The notes under the pieces are model-generated. The model worked only from the letters and a program-made list of their open reading frames with translations. It was not told the origin of the DNA and searched no databases. From positions 2,521,167 through 2,545,166 of the forward strand of contig NZ_CP073751.1 of assembly GCF_020025155.1 (NCBI RefSeq): 24,000 nucleotides of DNA, read 5' to 3'. Origin of the DNA: Halopseudomonas nanhaiensis (GTDB taxonomy: Bacteria > Pseudomonadota > Gammaproteobacteria > Pseudomonadales > Pseudomonadaceae). Shown one piece after another: positions 9,305 to 15,395 of this stretch. The position numbers were made by a program, and so were the translations under genes. Position 1 is the first letter of the stretch, and the number at the start of each line of letters is the position of its first letter.

Positions 9305-9414
9305 CTGCAGCGACTCGGCATTGAACGTCTTGATTCAATGGTCGATCAAAAGCGTCGCAAGGAACATCAATCAAAGGATTGAAAAATCATCTGAATAGGC
9401 GTTTTGTTTGGAAT
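9305..9414 (-). promoter_or_regulatory. Putative csgBA promoter/operator region (AT-rich, several TTGA/TCAA palindromes)
   Basis: About 110 bp of AT-rich non-coding sequence lies between the csgG terminator and the csgB ATG. Palindromes seen: TCAATC-AAAG-GATTGA at 9367-9382, ATTGAA-N8-TTCAAT at 9320-9339, and the near-palindrome TTGATTCAA at 9330-9338. No -10/-35 could be assigned confidently. Confidence 0.4.
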
Positions 9415-9436
9415 AAAAAAGCCGCTGTTAAGCGGC
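9415..9436 (-). terminator. Rho-independent terminator after csgG
   Basis: On the minus strand: GCCGCT-TAAC-AGCGGC followed by TTTTTT (plus-strand A-run 9415-9420, stem 9421-9436). It starts about 22 nt downstream of the csgG stop. Confidence 0.75.
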
Positions 9437-9458
9437 TTTGCTGAATGCCATTCCTTGA

Positions 9459-10253
9459 CTACTGGGCGGCGGCGACCTGCCAGAGCCGCCGCTCCACACC
9501 CTGATTGATCAGATGCGCAACAGCTGCTTCAATCGCAGAGAGTACGCACAGCTGCGCCGGCTCGTTGGTCGTGTAGCCCGCTTCGGCTTCGAGCAGTTCC
9601 TTGAACTCAATGAACTTGTATACGTTGGCACTGCGCCCGATCGAGTAGATGGTCTTGGTCGTCATCACGTTCGAGAGTACCTGTCCGCTACGCACATCCA
9701 CGGCACGCAGATTGACCGTCACCTGATCGACCCGGTACTCCTGAGACACTCCGATGCCGAGATAGCGCGCGCCCAATCCGCCGCTACGCACGTTCGTTTC
9801 ATACGCGACGATGGCACCTTCGAGGATGATGTTCGCCGCCAGCAGCGAGGGTAGATCTTCCTGAATGTTGGGCGCCACATCCGGCTTGTTCTGCGATGCG
9901 CGAATGATCTTCCGTTCGGTCAGAACGTTCTGCAGGCCCTCCCGTTCCAGCACCACGAACCAGCCGCTGGCCTGGAGCGCATCGACCAGCATGCTGCCTG
10001 CGCCCTGCGTGACCGCCGTGGAGAAGGAGCTTGCAGGGTTGGGTTTGTACTGCCCGGTCTGGTCACGAAAGCCGTAGACTGCGGCCACCAGCTTGCCCTT
10101 TGGACGCGGCAGGTCCAGCAGGTCCTGGTACGTCGAAGCACGCGGTGTCAGGGTCGGGCCTTTCTGCTCGGCCGGCATGGGTTCGCGGACGGCGCAGCCC
10201 TGAAGCAGCGCGACCAGACCCAGGGCAATCATCATCTTGTTCATGTTCAGCAT
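9459..10253 (-). CDS. csgG: Curli secretion channel lipoprotein CsgG
   Basis: Lipobox LLQGC. Strong colinear similarity to E. coli CsgG: PTLTPRASTYQDLLDLPRPKGK, VAAVYGFRDQTGQYKP.PAS.FSTAV.QGA..ML..AL, LEREGLQNVLTERKIIRA, GGLGARYLGIG, VNLR.V.V.SG..LS, GYT.NEP..LC..SAIE. The start could be one of several ATGs within the first 8 codons. Confidence 0.95.
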   Translation of the reverse strand: MLNMNKMMIALGLVALLQGCAVREPMPAEQKGPTLTPRASTYQDLLDLPRPKGKLVAAVYGFRDQTGQYKPNPASSFSTAVTQGAGSMLVDALQASGWFVVLEREGLQNVLTERKIIRASQNKPDVAPNIQEDLPSLLAANIILEGAIVAYETNVRSGGLGARYLGIGVSQEYRVDQVTVNLRAVDVRSGQVLSNVMTTKTIYSIGRSANVYKFIEFKELLEAEAGYTTNEPAQLCVLSAIEAAVAHLINQGVERRLWQVAAAQ

Positions 10254-10260
10254 CCTGTGC

Positions 10261-10680
10261 TCAGTTGATTGCGCCGTATCCGGTGACGCTTATTTCCGAA
10301 ACTTCACCGGTCAGCCTGTCGGTGATTTCGATGGTCAGATTCCCCGAGTCGTTGACGATATTGACGATGAAATCATCGGTTGTGAGCGAGCCGGTGTTGG
10401 TTTCCCCCAGGTCGCCAAGCAGATCGGACAGCAGCCGGGCTTCGAGCTGAGAAGTGAAGCGATCCAGCGCCGACTGCCCCGTGAGGGCCGAACGGTCGAT
10501 GGCGTCCGGGTCCTTGGTATCGTTCTGCGCCTGCGCGCTGCCCAGAAGCCAGGCACCATTGAGCGGGCTGCCGCCAAACGACGGATTGACCGGGGTATAC
10601 ACCAGCTCGGTCGCGGCAAGGGCGCCGCTGAACAGCGCACCCACTGCCATTGAGCACATACAGCTAACTCGGCTTTTCAT
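10261..10680 (-). CDS. csgF: Curli assembly component CsgF
   Basis: Signal peptide, then VNPSFGGSPLNGAWLLGSAQAQN..KDP (E. coli CsgF: [28 protein letters not shown]) and SALDRFTSQLEARLLSDLL...DDFIVNIVNDSGNLTIEITDRLTGE. The start overlaps the csgE stop (ATGA). Confidence 0.9.
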   Translation of the reverse strand: MKSRVSCMCSMAVGALFSGALAATELVYTPVNPSFGGSPLNGAWLLGSAQAQNDTKDPDAIDRSALTGQSALDRFTSQLEARLLSDLLGDLGETNTGSLTTDDFIVNIVNDSGNLTIEITDRLTGEVSEISVTGYGAIN

Positions 10681-11057
10681 AGCTCATCCTTGTCCAGGTC
10701 GATGTTGTCTTCGAACAGCGCTTCGATCTTGCGCCGATTGATCTCCTGCAGGACCAGGTCGGCCGCGCGATACGCCGTCTCGTCCAGCTGCGAGGAATTG
10801 GGTGACAGGAACTCGCGATAGACCGGCTGCCCTTCCAGCTCAACCCACAGCAATACGCCCCAGCGTGCCGACGGGCGCTCCTTGACCACCAGATTGGTTT
10901 CCAGCGGCACCAGCTCGTTGAGCCGCTCGCTGAATTTGCGATAGAAGTCGTTTCCGGAGCGGGTAATCGTGTGGTTGATCACCAGCCCGTTGATCTCTGC
11001 TTCGTCCGCCCAGGCCGCAGGCGCGAGCAGGAACCAGAGCAGGACCCAGCGCCTCAT
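10677..11057 (-). CDS. csgE: Curli secretion specificity factor CsgE
   Basis: MRRWVLLWFLLAPAAWA signal. Then INGLVINHTITRSGNDFYRKFSERL and VVKERPSARWGVLLWVEL (E. coli CsgE: [22 protein letters not shown] ... INERPSARWGSWITI). Start ATG 11057-11055 overlaps the csgD stop 11056-11054 (ATGA). The listed ORF extension to 11273 runs out of frame through csgD and is not credible. Confidence 0.9.
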   Translation of the reverse strand: MRRWVLLWFLLAPAAWADEAEINGLVINHTITRSGNDFYRKFSERLNELVPLETNLVVKERPSARWGVLLWVELEGQPVYREFLSPNSSQLDETAYRAADLVLQEINRRKIEALFEDNIDLDKDEL

Positions 11058-11707
11058 GCTTCCGTACCGTCGACGTGACGCAGAACCATCGAGGCCGCCT
11101 GAGCGCGGTTTGTCGCACCCAGTTTGTACAGCGCGTTGTGAACGTGACTCTTGACCGTATGGATGCTCAGGTTTATCTGGTCGGCAATGTCTACATTCGA
11201 GAGACCGTTGCCAGCCAGCCGGAGAATCTGCTTCTCCCGTTGGGTCAGCGATGAAAGCTTGTCGCTTGCACAAGCAAACAATCGATAACGTGCGATCAAT
11301 TTTTCCATCAATGCACGCGGCAGCCAGTCCCCGTCGGCCAACAGTATCTGTATGCCCGAGCGAAAGTTCTCACGCGACGTATTCTTGTAGAACACGCCTT
11401 TGATCCATGGAAAGTTTTGCAGTGCACTCAACGCCAATTCGGGAGTGGCATTGAAAAGTGCGACGGGCCTGTTTGGCGTGCTTTTCAAAAGGTCGAAACA
11501 CGCCAGTTCGGACAAACTACCGGCATCGATCAGCAGCAGTTTGAAGGAAGCGTCGACACTTGCGACGCTCGCGCACCGAACTAACCTCAACGACGCGTCG
11601 TCCGGAATCTGATGTTGCAGAAACGTTACGGATATATCGCTGTTGGTGGAGATCAGAACTAGCGCAGGTGTAACCAGCTGCGAGCTGGCCGAATTATTAT
11701 TCGACAT
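11054..11707 (-). CDS. csgD: CsgD-like LuxR/FixJ-family transcriptional regulator (atypical receiver + HTH)
   Basis: Colinear with E. coli CsgD: FKLLLIDAG (vs IILLDMME), LQNFPWIKGVFYKNTS (vs IENWPHINGVFYSMED), LTQREKQILRLAGNGLSNVDIADQINLSIHTVKSHVHNALYKLGATNRAQA (LuxR-type HTH). It is the first gene of the csgDEFG unit and noticeably more AT-rich than neighbouring genes. Confidence 0.85.
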   Translation of the reverse strand: MSNNNSASSQLVTPALVLISTNSDISVTFLQHQIPDDASLRLVRCASVASVDASFKLLLIDAGSLSELACFDLLKSTPNRPVALFNATPELALSALQNFPWIKGVFYKNTSRENFRSGIQILLADGDWLPRALMEKLIARYRLFACASDKLSSLTQREKQILRLAGNGLSNVDIADQINLSIHTVKSHVHNALYKLGATNRAQAASMVLRHVDGTEA

Positions 11708-12026
11708 GACAGATCCCTGTAGTCGGATTCATTCCCTAGACCGGAAGCGTCAATATTCCGGATGAAAATCAAGCTAGCCACGAAAGCTGACAAAATAAAG
11801 TCACGCCTTCATCAGGGCGCGCGCTTCCCGACGAAAGGTATATGCAGCGCCATACAGGATTTTCAAATGCAGCATTAAGTTGTTGAAAAGCAATACGTTG
11901 CAAAGCGGATAGGGGAATTGCGCCAGAAACCGGACTTTCGACACCGGCTACCGGACCAGGAAGTTGCGCATACTCACAATTGATGATGGCGCAGCAGGTC
12001 ACGCGCTGCCACGCCAATTTCACATG
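11708..12026 (-). promoter_or_regulatory. csgD upstream non-coding region (319 bp, AT-rich for this genome)
   Basis: No credible ORF (see rejected 11769..12023). Contains the inverted repeat CCGGAA-N9-TTCCGG at 11741-11761, with a TTGACG hexamer on the minus strand inside it, 35-55 bp upstream of the csgD ATG, plus several A/T tracts. Its length is consistent with the heavily regulated csgD promoters known from enterics. Exact promoter not assignable. Confidence 0.4.
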
Positions 12027-12866
12027 TTACGGAGCCTCGAGAACAGCTGCACAGGCTTGAGGAAGCGTGCGATTCGGACTGGGTTCAAGTGCGGTACGCG
12101 GAGTGGGCGCCAGGTTGTCGCAGCCCTCGCCCGGAGGAGGCTCTGGCTGATCGACACAGGCGTGGGAGCCCGGCGGACACTTGAGACGCACGTGCAGATG
12201 CTCGTCATGCGCGGCCCAGGGTCGGATCCGCCGCAGCCAGGCGCGGTCCTCCCAGTCCCGTTCGCAAAGATCTCGCTTGATTGCTGCATCGACGAAGATG
12301 CGCGAAACGCGCGCATCGTCGGCCGCCATTCTGATCATCTGGGCGTGGGTATCGGTCCACAACTGGCGGTCGATTTCGCCCGTCTCGGCGTCGACCACGA
12401 TCGGCTGTTCCAGGTTCTCGCGTTCACTGCGGTCGAGTTGCGGGAGATCCAGCCGAAACCACACGTCGACATCGAGACCGCTTTGATGGCTGACGTGCCC
12501 GTAGGACATCGGTCCCCCGCGGGGCTGTGCCATGTCGCCGATGAGCATGATGCCCAGCCCTGCCGCATCGAAGCGCTCTCCCAGGGTCTGTACGTAGTCC
12601 AACAGCTCCGGATGGCCAAAGTGACGGCGCCGCTCCAGATCCACGGCCTGATAGCCTGGCCCTTCAGACGGAAGCTCCATGGCTCCGATCAGACAGGCGC
12701 CGCCATGATGGCCGATGATCTGCGGCTCGCCCGGCAGAGGTCCTGGCACGCTCGACCAGTCCTGGTCAGCAGGAGCCCGCTGCGGCCAGGCCATCAGCAG
12801 TAGCGCCAGCGTACATAGCGAGAGTACCGCCAGGGCGGCTCGAATCGGGTTCACTCGGTATCGCAC
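12027..12866 (-). CDS. mepA: Penicillin-insensitive murein endopeptidase MepA
   Basis: MSYGHVSHQSGLDVDVWF (H-x-SHQSGLDVD zinc site), DEHLHVRLKCP and a Cys-rich C-terminus are MepA hallmarks. N-terminal signal-like AALAVLSLCTLALLLMA. Start placed at GTG 12866 (GAGGAG 7 nt upstream, 279 aa versus 274 aa in E. coli). The listed ATG 12908 would overlap the upstream gene by 28 nt. Confidence 0.85.
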   Translation of the reverse strand: MRYRVNPIRAALAVLSLCTLALLLMAWPQRAPADQDWSSVPGPLPGEPQIIGHHGGACLIGAMELPSEGPGYQAVDLERRRHFGHPELLDYVQTLGERFDAAGLGIMLIGDMAQPRGGPMSYGHVSHQSGLDVDVWFRLDLPQLDRSERENLEQPIVVDAETGEIDRQLWTDTHAQMIRMAADDARVSRIFVDAAIKRDLCERDWEDRAWLRRIRPWAAHDEHLHVRLKCPPGSHACVDQPEPPPGEGCDNLAPTPRTALEPSPNRTLPQACAAVLEAP

Positions 12867-12880
12867 GATGGATCTCCTCG

Positions 12881-13951
12881 TTAGTCGCGGCGCTGACGCG
12901 CCAGCCATTCCAGCCCCGGTCGGTAGAGCATGTCGTGCTCGCCCTCGAACAGGACCAGCTCGACCGGGCCGGATTTCATATGCAACAACACATCGGCTTC
13001 AGCCGATTCAAACCCGACCAGGTCGCCGTCGTTGACATGACGCGAGCGCAGGGCGTCGGGTACCTCACGCGTGGAGCGCAACTGTTCGTAAGCCGCGGCA
13101 TCGACGCCCTCGCCCTGCTTCGCCAGATCGTTGAATGCGCGCAGGGCATAGTCCGGTGGCACGGTCTCGTCGTCGATGCCGTGGGCGATGAGGATCGGCA
13201 GCTTGCCCGCCACCTCGGACATGTAGGTGCTGGGGCTACGCTTCCGGCACTCCTGACGCGCCGTATCGTTCTCGAGGGGGTTTCCGCCGCACGCGCCTTC
13301 GATCTCGCCGGCATACTTTTCACCGCGACTGGCGTTCCATTCGTACCAGTCAACCAGATCGTAGACCGGCACCCAGATCGCGGTACCGGCGAACACGTCC
13401 GGATTCATTCTGGCCAGATGAAGCGCATTCATCGCACCACCGGAGTACCCCAGCAGATAGATACGCGAGGGATCTACATTGGCGTTGTCCCGTGCATACT
13501 GCAGCGCGTCATGCATGTCCGAGAGGACCATTTCTGACGCCGTCGTGTCAGGATCACCGGTGTTTGCGCCGCGAAAGTCCGGATGCATGAATACCCAGTC
13601 GTTGGCACGGGCGAACTCGGCCAGCGGAATGTCGATGTTCTGCAGATAGCCGGTACTCCAGCTGTGAAGTACCAGCAGCAGCGGCTTGTCGCGATCGGAG
13701 CCGGAGTCGTAGAACAGCGCCTTCTGGTGGGCCCCGTCTGCGGATGACGGGATTTCGATATCCTCGACCTCCTCCACCGCTTCGCGCCAGCTTTCCCGAT
13801 CCGCGCCGACGAATCCCCCGGGGTAATTGGTGACACGCAGATAGTCGCTGGGGTGTTGGAGCGCGGCACTGTCCTGCGCCACCGCGCAGGCGCCGGACAG
13901 CATCAGTGCGAGCAGCCAGATCGGCCTGTGGAAAACGCTGAACCGTCTCAT
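12881..13951 (-). CDS. Secreted alpha/beta hydrolase (S9 prolyl-oligopeptidase/esterase-like)
   Basis: Signal peptide MRRFSVFHRPIWLLALMLSGACAVAQ. Nucleophile elbow LLGYSGGAMNAL (G-x-S-x-G), PILIAHGIDDETVPP (acid) and FEGEHDM (His) give a Ser-Asp-His triad in canonical order. Start at ATG 13951 (GGAG 7 nt upstream); the ORF is open to 14104, but that extension lacks any signal or RBS logic. Confidence 0.75.
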   Translation of the reverse strand: MRRFSVFHRPIWLLALMLSGACAVAQDSAALQHPSDYLRVTNYPGGFVGADRESWREAVEEVEDIEIPSSADGAHQKALFYDSGSDRDKPLLLVLHSWSTGYLQNIDIPLAEFARANDWVFMHPDFRGANTGDPDTTASEMVLSDMHDALQYARDNANVDPSRIYLLGYSGGAMNALHLARMNPDVFAGTAIWVPVYDLVDWYEWNASRGEKYAGEIEGACGGNPLENDTARQECRKRSPSTYMSEVAGKLPILIAHGIDDETVPPDYALRAFNDLAKQGEGVDAAAYEQLRSTREVPDALRSRHVNDGDLVGFESAEADVLLHMKSGPVELVLFEGEHDMLYRPGLEWLARQRRD

Positions 13952-14155
13952 GAGCAGTCTCCGAGCCAAGCGTTCCCTGCTGCGTTGACACCTGGCGACC
14001 CGAGCCAGGCCATTAATGCTGCGACTGCCACAGCGTTCCGCGGTTCCGTGGAAGTCATCCCCATCGACATTCATCCGGTAAATGGCGATTGTTGCCCGGC
14101 GCACAGCGTGCCAACGTAATCAGCACTTGCCACGCCATTCAGAAGAGGACTACCC

Positions 14156-15301
14156 ATGAACGACATGCAAACCCGACAGGGACTGGAACTGCGCTCCCTG
14201 ATCACCTCGCAGGGACAATTGGAACTGTCGCTGACCGAGGTCGACGTCCCTGCGCCGCGCCCTGATCAGGTGGTTATCGAAATCCAGGCGACCCCCATCA
14301 ACCCCTCCGACCTTGGCCTGCTCACCGGCCCGGCAGACCTCTCCACCGCGCAATTCGGCGGCTCCGAAGCAAGGCCGACGGTGACGGCAGAGGTACCAAA
14401 GGACAGGCTGGCCGGCCTCCAGGCACGGATCGACCAGTCGATGCCGGTCGGCAACGAAGGTGCAGGCGTGGTGATCGCAGCGGGTGACAACGCACAGCAC
14501 ATGCTGGGCAAGACCGTAGCCGTACTCGGCGGATCCATGTATGCGCAGTACCGGGTCATCCGCGCATCCGAGTGCCTGGAATTGCCCGAGGGGACCGCTC
14601 CGGCCGACGGCGCGTCCTGCTTCGTCAACCCGATGACCGCGCTGAGCATGGTCGAGAACATGCGGCTGGATGGGCATACGGCGCTGGTGCATACCGCTGC
14701 GGCCTCCAACCTCGGTCAGATGCTCAACCGTATCTGTCTTGCCGACGGCATCGGGCTGGTGAACATTGTTCGCAGCCAGGAACAGGCCGCCATCCTGCGC
14801 GAGATTGGCGCCCAGCACATTTGCGACAGCACTAGCCCCGGGTTCGAGGCTGAACTCGCCGACGCCGTTCACGCAACCGGTGCCACGCTGGGATTCGATG
14901 CGATCGGCGGTGGCGAGCTGCCGTCGCAGATTCTTGCCGCCATGGAGGTCGCCGCCAACCGTAGCGCTACCGCCTACAGCCGCTATGGCTCGGCTACGCA
15001 CAAGCAGGTCTACCTGTATGGCAACCTGGACACCAGCCCTACCGTATTGAACCGTACCTTCGGCATGGCCTGGGGTGTCGGCGGCTGGCTGCTGACCAGC
15101 TTCCTGCAGCGCGCCGGTGGCGAGGCTGCGCAGAGAATGAAGCAGCGTATCGCAGCCGAGCTGCAGACGACCTTCAAAAGCCATTACACCGCCGAGATCA
15201 GTCTTGCCGAAGCGCTGCGCGAAAATACCTTGCGCGCCTATACACGGCGCGCCACCGGGGAGAAGTATCTGATCAACCCCGCGCGAGGCTTGTCTGACTG
15301 A
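14156..15301 (+). CDS. Medium-chain dehydrogenase/reductase family oxidoreductase (quinone oxidoreductase / zinc-binding ADH-like)
   Basis: VVIEIQATPINPSDL, MPVGNEGAGVVIAAG and the nucleotide-binding-like LVHTAAASNLGQML are typical of the MDR enoyl/quinone reductase branch. The 426-aa antisense ORF (14150..15430) is a GC shadow. Confidence 0.8.
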   Translation: MNDMQTRQGLELRSLITSQGQLELSLTEVDVPAPRPDQVVIEIQATPINPSDLGLLTGPADLSTAQFGGSEARPTVTAEVPKDRLAGLQARIDQSMPVGNEGAGVVIAAGDNAQHMLGKTVAVLGGSMYAQYRVIRASECLELPEGTAPADGASCFVNPMTALSMVENMRLDGHTALVHTAAASNLGQMLNRICLADGIGLVNIVRSQEQAAILREIGAQHICDSTSPGFEAELADAVHATGATLGFDAIGGGELPSQILAAMEVAANRSATAYSRYGSATHKQVYLYGNLDTSPTVLNRTFGMAWGVGGWLLTSFLQRAGGEAAQRMKQRIAAELQTTFKSHYTAEISLAEALRENTLRAYTRRATGEKYLINPARGLSD

Positions 15302-15395
15302 ACAGGGAGCGGCATCCTGCGTCAAGCGGTGACGTCTGCTCGCCTGTGCGGTCACAGCAGCAATCCGCTGCAACACGAGCAAAGCGAGACAACCC

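Noticed and set aside
11058-11273. N-terminal 72-codon extension of the csgE ORF (listed as 10677..11273)
   Set aside because: The extension overlaps the 3' end of csgD in another frame and encodes an Arg/Cys/Pro-rich peptide. The internal ATG at 11057 gives a signal peptide and forms an ATGA junction with the csgD stop.
11769-12023. 84-aa ORF (GTG start) in the csgD upstream region
   Set aside because: No RBS, no recognisable motifs, and a Cys/Trp-containing composition. It lies in an AT-rich regulatory spacer. A small protein or leader peptide cannot be excluded, but nothing in the sequence supports one.
13985-14020. TTGACA hexamer at 13985-13990 as a possible -35 for the oxidoreductase gene
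   Set aside because: No acceptable -10 hexamer lies at 16-19 bp spacing. A lone hexamer match in a 200-bp spacer is expected by chance.
13952-14104. N-terminal extension of the alpha/beta hydrolase ORF (to 14104), and similarly of mepA (to 12908) and the GH lipoprotein (to 21688)
   Set aside because: In each case an internal start gives a canonical signal or lipoprotein peptide with a well-spaced Shine-Dalgarno sequence, whereas the extension adds a charged non-signal leader. The coordinates I report use the internal starts.
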